Of a stretch of DNA of 64,000 bases, positions 55,394 through 64,000 are shown piece after piece. Positions within the stretch are counted from its first letter, which is position 1. Each line of letters starts with the position of its first letter. A program made the position numbers and the translations under genes. The stretch spans positions 1 through 64,000 of the forward strand of contig CBDHDG010000006.1 of assembly GCA_965261595.1 (NCBI GenBank), given 5' to 3'. The DNA is from a bacterium (lineage in GTDB: Bacteria; UBA8248; JACPRG01; G963555815). The notes under the pieces were generated by a model. That model saw nothing but the letters and a program-made list of their open reading frames with translations. It did no database searches and was not told where the DNA came from.

Positions 55394-56377
55394 CTATAAA
55401 CCCAGCAGCCCGCGGGCCGTCCCGCCCAGGATCTTCTCCTTGTCTTCCGGCGAGAGCGCCGTCGCCTCGATGCTCGACACCGCCCGGCTCAGGTCTCCGC
55501 TCAGGAAGGGATAATCGCTTCCCAGCACCATGTGGTCCGCCCCGGCGAAGGCATGGGCGCACTCCACGGCCGGAGGATAAAAGGAGACCGTATCCCAGTA
55601 CAAGCGCTTGAAGTATTCCTTCGGCGGTTTCGGGATCGTCTTCCGGACCTCCGGAAACCGATAACCCCGCTCCAGCCGATCCGCCAGGAAGGGGATCGAC
55701 CCGCCCAGGTGGTTGAAGATCAGCTTGAGGCGGGGATGCTCCTCCAACAGGCCGTCGAAGACAAGCGTCGTCGCCACAAGCGTCGTCTCGAACATAAACC
55801 CGACCAGCGCCGCCAGGTGGAATCTCTCCAGGGCGGGATCCGCCGCGGAATTGAGCGGGTGAATGAAAACGGGCAGGTCCAGGGCTTCGGCCTCGGCGAA
55901 GAACGGACGGAACCGCCGGTCGCTCAGGTTGACGCCGTCCACGTTGGTGAAGGTCGAGAACCCCTTCAGCCCCAGCTCCCGGGCGCCGCGCCGCATCTCT
56001 TCCACGGCCGCGTCCAGGTCTTTCAAGCCGATGCAGGCGAAGCCGGCCAGCCGGTCGGGACGCATCCGGACCATTTCGGCGATGGCGTCGTTGATGGCCC
56101 GCATGAGGGGGACGCCGTCTTCGGCCTCGAACAGGTCGATGCTGGGGTTTCCCATGGTCAGGACCTGGAAATCGATGTTGGCGGCGTCCAGGTCGGCCAG
56201 ACGCGGTGCGGGGTCGACGCCGGTGGCAGAGATGGGGCCGAAGTCGAAACCCCGGTGGTAGAAGCGGATGCGGCCCTGCTCATCCTCCTCCAATCGGAGG
56301 CTGTAGCGCCCTTGGACCTCCTTGAGGGTTTCCAGATAGACCTGCGGGTAGACATGGGCGTGGAAGTCGATATTCAC
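55394..56377 (-). CDS. Amidohydrolase_2 family (ACMSD-like decarboxylase/hydrolase)
   Basis: IDFHAH, VFIHP, HLGG, LGSDYPF. Confidence 0.88.
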   Translation of the reverse strand: MNIDFHAHVYPQVYLETLKEVQGRYSLRLEEDEQGRIRFYHRGFDFGPISATGVDPAPRLADLDAANIDFQVLTMGNPSIDLFEAEDGVPLMRAINDAIAEMVRMRPDRLAGFACIGLKDLDAAVEEMRRGARELGLKGFSTFTNVDGVNLSDRRFRPFFAEAEALDLPVFIHPLNSAADPALERFHLAALVGFMFETTLVATTLVFDGLLEEHPRLKLIFNHLGGSIPFLADRLERGYRFPEVRKTIPKPPKEYFKRLYWDTVSFYPPAVECAHAFAGADHMVLGSDYPFLSGDLSRAVSSIEATALSPEDKEKILGGTARGLLGL

Positions 56378-56417
56378 GGAACAAGTTCCTTTTTCTTTTT
56401 CGGAAAGGGTCAGCGGT

Positions 56418-57266
56418 TCATTTGATCGCCCCGACGGTGAATCCGGCGATAAAGCGATCCACAAACAGATTATAGAGGATGGCGATTGGAACACTGGCGA
56501 TAAAGCACGCCGCCATCAGGGAGCCCCAGAAGTAGACGTCCCCCCGGACGAGGAAGGTCGGCACGCCGACGCTCACCGTGAACGAGGAGGATGAGGTGAT
56601 AAAGGTCAGAGCGTACACGAACTCCTGCATCACCAGCGTGAGCGAGAAGATGACCACCGTCAGGATGCTGGCGAACGAAACCGGGATCACGATTTTCACG
56701 AACGCCCCGAACCGGCTGTGGCCGTCGATCATGGCCGCTTCTTCCAGGTCCTTGGGGATGGCCTTGAAAAATCCCATCAGCAGCCAAGTGGAAAAGGGGA
56801 CGGTGAAGCTGGGATAGACGAGCACCAGCGACCACAGGGAATCCTGCAACCCGAGGGTGGCGATCACCCGCGAGAGGGGGATGAACAAAAGGGTCGGCGG
56901 AACGAGATAGGTCAAAAAGATCCCGATGCCCATCCGCTCCCCCCATCGTCCCGAAAGCCGGGCGAGGCTGTACCCCGCCGGGATGGCGAGGACCAGCGTG
57001 ATCGCGACCACCGCGACGCCCACAAGGGCCGTGTTCAAGAGCCATTGGCCGTACAGGGTTTCATAGGACAGGAACTTCACGTGATCCAGCGTGGGCGGCT
57101 CATTGTACAGAAACGGGTTGTTCTTGGGATTGAGTAAATCCCGCGTCTTCTTGAAAGACGTGGTCAGCATCCACAGGAAGGGAAAGGCGGCGAACAGGGC
57201 GAACAGCGCCACCAAGCCGTAGTGGGCGGCGGTCCCGGCCCCCCTCAAGAAGCGACGGCTCCGCAT
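56418..57266 (-). CDS. Carbohydrate ABC transporter permease
   Basis: Six TMs; EAA loop IPKDLEEAAMIDG. Confidence 0.9.
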   Translation of the reverse strand: MRSRRFLRGAGTAAHYGLVALFALFAAFPFLWMLTTSFKKTRDLLNPKNNPFLYNEPPTLDHVKFLSYETLYGQWLLNTALVGVAVVAITLVLAIPAGYSLARLSGRWGERMGIGIFLTYLVPPTLLFIPLSRVIATLGLQDSLWSLVLVYPSFTVPFSTWLLMGFFKAIPKDLEEAAMIDGHSRFGAFVKIVIPVSFASILTVVIFSLTLVMQEFVYALTFITSSSSFTVSVGVPTFLVRGDVYFWGSLMAACFIASVPIAILYNLFVDRFIAGFTVGAIK

Positions 57267-57267
57267 C

Positions 57268-58200
57268 TCAGGTCACCTCCGAGCACCGGGCGATCCGCAG
57301 CATCAGGAACGCCACAGCCACCAGCAGGGGGAAGAGGAACAGGGCGATGGCCGCCCCCTCGGCCAGGTCCCCCCCGTCAATCCCCGTGTAAAACGCCAGG
57401 CTCGCCAGAACTTGCGTCGAGTCGAAGGGACCTCCGCCCGTCAAGACATAGATGACGATCATGTCGGTGAAGGCGAAGACCAGGCCGAACAGAACGGCGA
57501 CGCTCAGGATGGGTCGGAGCATCGGGATCGTGATCTCGAACTCCCGCCGCCAGAACCCGGCCCCGTCCACGCTCGCCGCGTCGTGAATTTCCTGGGGAAT
57601 GGAGGAAAGCCCCGCAAGAAGAATCACTGTCGCCAGCGGGAGCAGACGCCAGACGTGAATGACGATGATGGTGGATATGGCCAGGGCCGGGAAGCCCAGC
57701 TACATGGGCCAGGTGTCGGGGCCGAAAATCCCCACGGCCCGCAATCTCCAGTTGATGATGCTGTAAATGGAGTCCAGGATCCACATCCACCCGATGGCAC
57801 CCAGGGAGATGGGTGCCACCCAGGGCAGCATAATCAGTCCCCGAACCACCCACTTGCCCCGGAAATCCTTCAACAGCAGCAGCGCCAGGGTCTTGGCCAG
57901 GACCAGAACAATGGCCTGCGGGGCGAAGGCGAAGATGAAGGTGATCTTGACGGCGACCCGGAAGGCGGGCGTAGAAAAGATTTGCTTGAAGTTTTTCAGG
58001 CTGACGAAATTGAGACTCGTGCTTCCCACGGTGATGTCGCTCACGCTGTAGGAAAGCGTGAGAAGAAAGGGAAGGCCGATGATCGCCGCGATGTAGAGAA
58101 CGGCGGGCGAGATCATCAAGCGCCCGAGCCAATCCTCCCGGTCGAGAAGGTACGCAAATCGTCCCGCCGCCAAGTGACGCGCCTCCTGCTCTCCCCGGCC
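57268..58200 (-). pseudogene. Carbohydrate ABC permease with in-frame TAG at 57700-57702 (start uncertain)
   Basis: MLPWVAP...WPM*LGFPALA...[21 protein letters not shown] in one frame. Confidence 0.82.
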
Positions 58201-58205
58201 CGCGG

Positions 58206-58800
58206 TCAGAGCGGCTGGGGTTCCGTTCGCAATCCCGTCGTCTTGTCGAAAAACCGAAGGTCTTCCCTTGCCACCGCGAACACGTGGCTCTCCCCGGTTC
58301 GAAAAGAGAGGGAAACCGTCGAGGGAAGCTTGGCGACGGCCTTCTGATCCTGGAAGTGGCCGCCCAGGGAGCCGTAGAGCAGCCGGTCGGCGCCCAAGGA
58401 CTCGACGCGCGTCCACCCGGAACGGAAGGCGAATCGTGTCTTCCCTCCGGGGATGAACCGCCTCCGGAAGCAAGCTCTCCGGGCGAAACCCCACGGTCCC
58501 GCCCCCCCCCTTCGTCGAAGAGATTCATGGGCGGAGATCCCAGGAAACCGGCGACGAAGGTGTCGGCGGGGTCGTCGTAAATCTCTTGGAGGAGACCGAG
58601 CTGTCTGAGCTTTCCCGCGTTCATCACGGCGATCCGGTCGCCCATGCCCATGGCCTCCACCTGGTCATGGGTCACGTAGATGGTGGTGGTTCCGACGCGC
58701 CGATGCAACTCAAGAAGATCCTCCCGGGCATCCGCCCGAAGCTTGGCGTCCAGGTTGGACAAGGGCTCATCCAACAGGAAAACATTCGGCGCCCGGCGAA
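58206..58800 (-). pseudogene. MalK-like ABC ATPase, C-terminal half only, frameshifted
   Basis: [36 protein letters not shown]; no Walker A upstream. Confidence 0.85.
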
Positions 58801-58828
58801 GGGCGATTCAGGTCCGCAAGAAGGCGGC

Positions 58829-59359
58829 TCAGCGGGGAATCAGCGAGATCTCGAAATCATACCAGGCCGGATTGGGCGGGATATCGTTCGTCTCGACCAC
58901 AACCCGAAAACCGTTTCCGATCCTGGGCTCCTCGACGACGGTGATCTCCCCGCGGCCCTCCAGCTTCCGGAGTCGAACGCCCATCGGCCGCTGCGGCGCC
59001 CTGAACCCATCGAGCTTCAGAACGGAGGAGTCGCACCGGCAGTGGAGGCCTTCCCCCTTGCCGAAAGGCCACTCGGGATACCAGGCTTTGCCGTTTACGA
59101 ACGTCGGCAAATTTCGGTTCTCCCACCTCCCGGGCGCAACCCACTCCAGATGGCGGATCCACAGAATCCCCCCCCGAAGCGCGAACCAGCTCCGGCCGTC
59201 GATGAAGCTTCGGATTCGAAGGGTCCGGACGGAAATACCCGGCTTCGGGCCGCTTTTGGAGGGAGGTTGCGCATGCGCCGGCGTCAGGCAGATCAAAGCC
59301 GACAGACCCACCCCAAAAACCGTACGATGAAAAAACCCTCTGCGGCCCGCGACAACCAT
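58829..59359 (-). CDS. Hypothetical secreted protein
   Basis: Signal-peptide-like N-terminus (RRGFF...AHA) and a Trp-rich, probably beta-rich body; fills the gap downstream of ispH. Confidence 0.5.
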   Translation of the reverse strand: MVVAGRRGFFHRTVFGVGLSALICLTPAHAQPPSKSGPKPGISVRTLRIRSFIDGRSWFALRGGILWIRHLEWVAPGRWENRNLPTFVNGKAWYPEWPFGKGEGLHCRCDSSVLKLDGFRAPQRPMGVRLRKLEGRGEITVVEEPRIGNGFRVVVETNDIPPNPAWYDFEISLIPR

Positions 59360-59519
59360 GGCTCGGATCCGGATGACGGAAGCCTCCCGGAACACCGGTG
59401 AAAACGGGCGAGGCGACAAGCCGTCCCGCCGCGGAGAGGCTTCCTTCCTCTTCCTCTCCCCCCTCGACCCCACGGACTTCAGAATCGTTGAAGGCTGGAG
59501 CGACGCCGGGTCCGATTGC

Positions 59520-60482
59520 TCAATCTTGTTCCGAAACCCGGCCGATCTCGCCCTCCACAAGCTCTCCCGGGAGCTGGAAGACCACATTTTCATCCGGGCC
59601 TTCAGACTCCCGGACCTCCCGGATTCCTCTTTTCCTGAGGGTGTCGACGAGCTCCTTGACCAGGAACTCCGGCGTCGAGGCGCCGGCTGTGATCCCGACC
59701 CTCTCGGCCCCGTCGAACCAAGCCGGGTCGAGGTCCGCCACCCCGTCGATCAGGTAGGCCCGGACGCCGACGGACTCGGCCACCTCTTTGAGGCGCATGG
59801 AGTTCGAGCTGTTCTGCGACCCCAACACCAGGAACAGGTCCACCTGTCCGGCCATCTCCCTGACCGCCTTCTGGCGGTTCGTGGTCGCATAGCAGATGTC
59901 CTCCTTGGCCGGAAGCGTGAGGTCCGGAAATTTCCTTTTGAGGGCCGAGACGACTTCGGCGGTGTCGTCCACGCTGAGCGTCGTCTGCGTCAGGCAGACC
60001 ACCTTTTGGGGATCGGGGACGGCCAGCCCATCCACCTCCTCGGCCTGGTGGATCACGGTGATGTGGTCCGGGGCCTCCCCGTACGTTCCGATCACTTCAT
60101 CGTGATCCATGTGGCCGACCAGGATGATGGAAAACCCGTCGCGGACGTAGCGCCGGACTTCGCTGTGGACCTTCGTGACCAGCGGGCAGGTGGCGTCCAG
60201 GGCCTTGAGGTTTCGCCGACCGGCCTCTTCCACCACCGATGGCGCGATGCCGTGGGCGCTGAAGATGGTGATGGCCCCTTCCGGCACTTCGTCCAACTCC
60301 TCGACGAAAATAGCCCCCTTCTTTTTCAGGTCTTCCACGACATGTTTGTTATGGACGATTTCCTTCCGGACGTAAATGGGCGTCCCGTAGATATCCAGGG
60401 CCCGCTCCACCACCTCGATGGCGCGGTCCACCCCGGCGCAGAATCCCCTCGGTTTCGATAAAACCAGCTCATGAAACGCCAT
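59520..60482 (-). CDS. ispH: 4-hydroxy-3-methylbut-2-enyl diphosphate reductase
   Basis: PRGFCAGVDRA, IVHN, SAHG, DATCPLV.KVH, QTTLS, DICYATTNRQ, NSSNS, TAGASTP. Confidence 0.97.
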   Translation of the reverse strand: MAFHELVLSKPRGFCAGVDRAIEVVERALDIYGTPIYVRKEIVHNKHVVEDLKKKGAIFVEELDEVPEGAITIFSAHGIAPSVVEEAGRRNLKALDATCPLVTKVHSEVRRYVRDGFSIILVGHMDHDEVIGTYGEAPDHITVIHQAEEVDGLAVPDPQKVVCLTQTTLSVDDTAEVVSALKRKFPDLTLPAKEDICYATTNRQKAVREMAGQVDLFLVLGSQNSSNSMRLKEVAESVGVRAYLIDGVADLDPAWFDGAERVGITAGASTPEFLVKELVDTLRKRGIREVRESEGPDENVVFQLPGELVEGEIGRVSEQD

Positions 60483-60599
60483 CAAAAACTCCTTCTCGGC
60501 CCGCACCGGCCGGGCGCGCCATCGTTCACCGAATCCCCAATTATTTTACCATGAGTTCCGGAATTCATCCCACGGCGCTCCCGATTGGTAGTGGTCTAG

Positions 60600-61859
60600 T
60601 GGAGTTGACCCGGTTTGGTGGACACCTGATGATTTGGGGGTAAAGGAGGTGTTCACGATGCCACAGACTCACCCACGCTATCCAATGGAGTTCCGCTGCC
60701 AGATGGTAGAGTTGGTCCGGGCGGGACGCACGCCCGAGGCGCTGGCGCACGAGTTCGAGCCCTCGGCGCAGACGATCCGCACCTGGGCCCATCAAGCCGA
60801 CGTTGACGAGGGGCGTCGCAAAGACGGGCTCACGAGCGATGAGCGGGAGGAGTTGCGCCGACTTCGCCGCGAGAACCGACAGCTCCGCCAGGAGCGGGAG
60901 ATCTTAGCAAAAGCCGCGGCCTGGTTTGCTCGGGATACCGATTCGATCCCGTCCGGATCTACGGGTTCGTGAGGGCGAACCAGGCCATGTATCGGACCGC
61001 CACCATGTGCCGGGTGCTGGGCGTCTCCTCCAGCGGCTACTACGCGTGGCGCAGGCGCGCGCCGTGTGCCCGCTCGTGTGCCGATCGGGCGCTCACCAAA
61101 CGCATTCAGGCGATCCACGAGCGTTCTCGGGGGACTTACGGCGTGCCGCGCGTCCATGCCGAGTTGGAGGCTGAGGGAGTGCGTGTGGGCCGCAAGCGCG
61201 TCGCCAGGCTGATGCGTGGGGCGGGACTTGCGGGCGTCAGTCGGCGCAAGGGAGCGCGCACGACGCAGCGCCGGCAGGAGGCGCGGCCGGCCCCTGATCT
61301 GGTGGACCGCAACTTCACGGCCGAGGCCCCCGACCGGCTGTGGGTGGCCGACATCACCTACGTTCCGACATGGGCGGGGTTTTTGTATCTGGCCGTGGCG
61401 CTCGATGCGTTCAGCCGGCGCATCGTGGGGTGGTCGATGGCCACACACCTGCGGGCCGAGTTGGTGCTCGACGCGCTCGACATGGCGCTGTATAAGCGCC
61501 GTCCCCGGGCCGTCATCCACCACTCCGACCAGGGCACGCAGTACACCTCGGTCGCCTTTGGGCAGCGCTGCCGGCAGGCGGGCGTGCGTCCCTCCATGGG
61601 TTCGGTCGGGGACTGCTACGACAACGCGCTGTGTGAGAGCTTTTTCGCCACGCTGGAGTGCGAGCTCCTCGCTCGCCACAGTTTCCGCACCCGGGCCGAG
61701 GCGCGCATGGAGGTGTTCGGGTTCATCGAGGGCTTCTACAACCCGCATCGTCGGCACTCCTCCATCGACAACCTGTCACCCGTTAACTACGAAAGGAGAC
61801 AACAACGCACACCCTGAAAACCCAAGTGCTTAACTCTCCACGAAACCGGGGTAAGTCCA
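60600..61859 (+). mobile_element. IS3-family element, apparently intact (orfA 60658-60972, orfB 60969-61817), related to 10980-12390
   Basis: IRs TGGAGTTGACCCGGTTTGGTGGA / TCCACGAAACCGGGGTAAGTCCA; WVADITY, HHSDQG, DNALCESFF; no target duplication seen. Confidence 0.95.
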
Positions 61860-61948
61860 CCATGGCTGCCGCCATATTTTCTGATTACATTGTCGTGAGA
61901 ATCAAGAACGTTCTGGACAGTCAAAAAAAATGGGGTCATTTGGGCCGA

Positions 61949-61984
61949 AAAAAGGCCACAGCGAACACTCGCTGTGGCCTTTTT
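61949..61984. terminator. Bidirectional intrinsic terminator
   Basis: AAAAAGGCCACAGCGA-ACAC-TCGCTGTGGCCTTTTT, 16 nt downstream of the Panacea gene stop. Confidence 0.85.
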
Positions 61985-62000
61985 CTCCTTCCTGGGAAAT

Positions 62001-62543
62001 CTATTTGGCTAGTGCCTCGAAATCCTTCCTGTATCTTGTGTGGATTTTCTCTCGGGCCCTTTCCAAAACCAATTCCCTTTGCTTTTTCATAACACCAGAA
62101 ACATCAAGGGGTTGATATTGCTCAGAACTCTTCATCGGGGCAGTCCCATAGACCTGTTGTAGGAATAGTCCAAATGAAAGGTGCCAAGTCTGACTAATCA
62201 ACTTCTTGAGCATGTCCCTAACCTCTTCAGGAAGATGTAAATCCTCTGGGGGTTTGGGAGCGATCCACTCATACCAACGTTTCCGTGTCCCAAATGGGGT
62301 CGTATCTGCCCAGACTTTTACTTTCTCTTCTTTTTCAAGGGTTTTCACGGACCCATCTGCGTCTGGAACAAATGGGCCGTAATCATCCCAAAACCATTGA
62401 ATATCTGTGAGTTGTTCCCCACGTCTCCATGCCCATTCGACATCGGCGAGATAGAGTAGTTTTGTAAGTCGAGCCCTGGTAAGCTCATCCGGCTTCGGGT
62501 ACTCTGAGATCACGAACGCCACCAAATCCTTTAACGTTGCCAT
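62001..62543 (-). CDS. Panacea (DUF4065/SocA) domain antitoxin-like protein
   Basis: RLTKLLYLAD...W..YGP...VYGTAP; RBS AGGAGG. Confidence 0.82.
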   Translation of the reverse strand: MATLKDLVAFVISEYPKPDELTRARLTKLLYLADVEWAWRRGEQLTDIQWFWDDYGPFVPDADGSVKTLEKEEKVKVWADTTPFGTRKRWYEWIAPKPPEDLHLPEEVRDMLKKLISQTWHLSFGLFLQQVYGTAPMKSSEQYQPLDVSGVMKKQRELVLERAREKIHTRYRKDFEALAK

Positions 62544-62630
62544 TTGCCGACCCCTCCTAAATTCAATAGTAGTCCTCAAATTCAAGGCACGTCAAATCAT
62601 TTTCTGCATTGCGAAAAGAATATGGATATT

Positions 62631-62673
62631 TAGATACGTATCTATTGACAGGCAATATGTAATGGGCTATATT
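62631..62673 (+). promoter_or_regulatory. Sigma70-type promoter with adjacent palindromic operator
   Basis: TTGACA (62645-62650)-N17-TATATT (62668-62673); perfect palindrome TAGATACGTATCTA at 62631-62644. Confidence 0.75.
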
Positions 62674-62698
62674 GGTTATCGACACTGGGAGAAAAATC

Positions 62699-63139
62699 AT
62701 GAATTTCCTTGAATCCGTAGAAGCTCAAATCAAAATCCTCAAACACGAGGAAGCCATTGTCCTGAAAGAGATGGCACCGCTCCAGAACAAACTTGAGTTA
62801 ATGAGGCTCCAAATAGCCCACCTGGATGGGTATTTGACTACCCTTGGTTCAGGGGTGCTAGGCGGGGCAACCACTGAAAAAGAACCCATTACCGAAAAGA
62901 TTGTTCGTGTCTTTGAGCGTTCGAAAAGCCCCCTCCACTACATGGAGGTCATGGATTTGCTTGAAACGCAAGAGGGCTTCGTGCTGGGCGGTAAAGACCC
63001 CAAAGCCAATATGACCGCTAAGCTCGCTGGAAGCGCCAAGTTCAAGCGCCTGGAGCGTGGAGTCTATATCCTGTCGGAGTGGGCGGAAAAAGAGGAATCC
63101 CCAGCAAGTGAGGAACCTGCTGGGGATTCCAATGATTAG
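62699..63139 (+). CDS. Coiled-coil + HARE-type winged HTH protein
   Basis: IVRVFERSKSPLHYMEV...GGKDPKANMTAKL...FKRLERGVYILSEW; RBS GGGAGA. Confidence 0.72.
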   Translation: MNFLESVEAQIKILKHEEAIVLKEMAPLQNKLELMRLQIAHLDGYLTTLGSGVLGGATTEKEPITEKIVRVFERSKSPLHYMEVMDLLETQEGFVLGGKDPKANMTAKLAGSAKFKRLERGVYILSEWAEKEESPASEEPAGDSND

Positions 63140-63140
63140 C

Positions 63141-63233
63141 GGCGGGGTGGCTGAGTGGCTTATAGCGTGGGATTTATAATCCCTTGGTCGGTGCTTACCC
63201 ACCGGCACGCAGGTTCGAATCCTGTCCCTGCCG
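63141..63233 (+). tRNA. tRNA with TAT anticodon on a class II (Ser-type) body
   Basis: Acceptor GGCGGGG/CCCTGCC, D arm GCT-GAGTGGCTTAT-AGC, anticodon arm (T)GGGA-TTTATAA-TCCC(T), variable arm GTCGGTG-CTTACC-CACCGGC, T arm GCAGG-TTCGAAT-CCTGT, discriminator G; CCA not encoded (CCT). Confidence 0.9.
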
Positions 63234-63409
63234 CCTATAATTTCTAGTGGGTCTCAAGGGTGCAGACACACCCAAGAGACCCTTGGTCACACCATCCGGG
63301 AGCACCCGAACAATGCAACCCGACACCCCTCAAGATACTCCTTTAAATCTGGAGAATCAAGCGGAATGTGACGGGCATTGCTCCTGGACCACCAAGGGAG
63401 CATCCGTCA

Positions 63410-64000
63410 ATGAACCGCCTTCACCGATCTCGACAGGTCCAGATTCTCTCAATGCTCACTGAGGGTGTGAGCATCTGCGCCATCTCCCGAATCACCGGAG
63501 TCCACAAGGTCACGATTCTCAAGCTCTTGAAGGAAACGAGCGAGAAGTGTGAGGCTCTGCTGGATTCCAAGATGCGGGATATCCCGGCAAAGGAAATCCA
63601 GGCCGACGAAATCTGGACGTACGTTGCTAAGAAGCAACGAAAAGTCCGAAGTTCCGATGGACGGGGGGTAGGCGATCAATTCATCTTCGTGGCCCTGGAA
63701 GCGGAAACCAAGCTCGTCCCTTGCTACGCCGTGGGGAAACGGGACGCCCTCACCGCCACTCGGTTCATGATGGATCTGCGACGACGGATTCAGGGCAGGG
63801 TGCAGTTGACCACGGATGCTTTCCGCCCCTATCCCGATGCCGTTGAAAGGGCTTTCGGGGCGGATGTGGATTACGCCCAACTCATAAAGGCGTTCCGGTC
63901 CAATGGATTCACAAGGGAGGTCTACAACCCAAGCGATATAATTGAGACAATCCCGATAACCATAATGGGAAACCCGAACAAGCGGTCAATCTCAACCAGC
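63410..64000 (+). CDS. IS1-like DDE transposase (runs off window)
   Basis: Own translation: MNRL..HTH (EGVSICAISRITGVHKVTI), IQADEIWTYVAKKQ, VGKRD, QLTTD, DYAQLIK, GNP...ISTS. Confidence 0.85.
   Translation, partial: MNRLHRSRQVQILSMLTEGVSICAISRITGVHKVTILKLLKETSEKCEALLDSKMRDIPAKEIQADEIWTYVAKKQRKVRSSDGRGVGDQFIFVALEAETKLVPCYAVGKRDALTATRFMMDLRRRIQGRVQLTTDAFRPYPDAVERAFGADVDYAQLIKAFRSNGFTREVYNPSDIIETIPITIMGNPNKRSISTS

Noticed and set aside
26431..57702. Stop-codon recoding, suggested by in-frame TAG in hsdS, the sulfatase and a permease, and TGA in hsdM
   Set aside because: TAG and TGA end many intact genes here (ubiD, cheR, tra genes); the interrupted positions do not imply one amino acid; no suppressor tRNA is seen
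10980..61859. Composite transposon bounded by the two related IS3 copies
   Set aside because: The copies are clearly diverged, the outer flanks share no target duplication, and the interval includes housekeeping ispH
63173..63179. Reading the odd tRNA as an ochre suppressor (TTA) or as tRNA-Sec
   Set aside because: The GGGA/TCCC stem fixes a 7-nt loop with TAT central; stems are 7/5 and the D arm is short, unlike tRNA-Sec
1..64000. CRISPR array, integron attC array, rRNA
   Set aside because: No regularly spaced short repeats, cas genes, attC-like cassette ends or rRNA-like sequence seen by eye

Overview
GC-rich bacterial sequence in four parts. (1) 1-14.1 kb: the end of an integrative conjugative element. 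An F-type T4SS operon (traA-L-E-K-B-V-C, a dead HD-like gene, trbI, S26 peptidase, traW) lies directly behind a phage-like CI/Cro-Xis switch, followed by a broken DUF433/PIN toxin-antitoxin pair and a tyrosine integrase disrupted by two IS3-family elements. (2) 14.1-32.5 kb: a defence island with shared, inverted TGCATCT...AGATGCA ends and a ~200-bp end repeated internally. It carries a type I RM operon with all three hsd genes interrupted and, inside that operon, an intact 1286-aa RT-nitrilase (UG1/DRT1-like) and a GmrSD-like nuclease, plus a group II intron remnant and an IS21. (3) 33-60.5 kb: host genes - enamidase-like amidohydrolase, degraded sulfatase, a CopA-like protein with its catalytic motifs substituted, UbiD, a chemotaxis cluster with an embedded gamma-carbonic anhydrase, IS256, decaying sugar ABC genes and ispH. 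(4) 60.6-64 kb: IS3, then an AT-richer module with an orphan Panacea antitoxin divergent from a HARE-HTH gene. That gene is followed after 1 nt by a tRNA with a serine-type body (long variable arm, G73) but an Ile UAU anticodon, next to an IS1-like transposase. This candidate mistranslating-tRNA module is the most novel item. Many genes have single indels, some probably sequencing errors. All calls come from motif recognition by eye; no database search was run.
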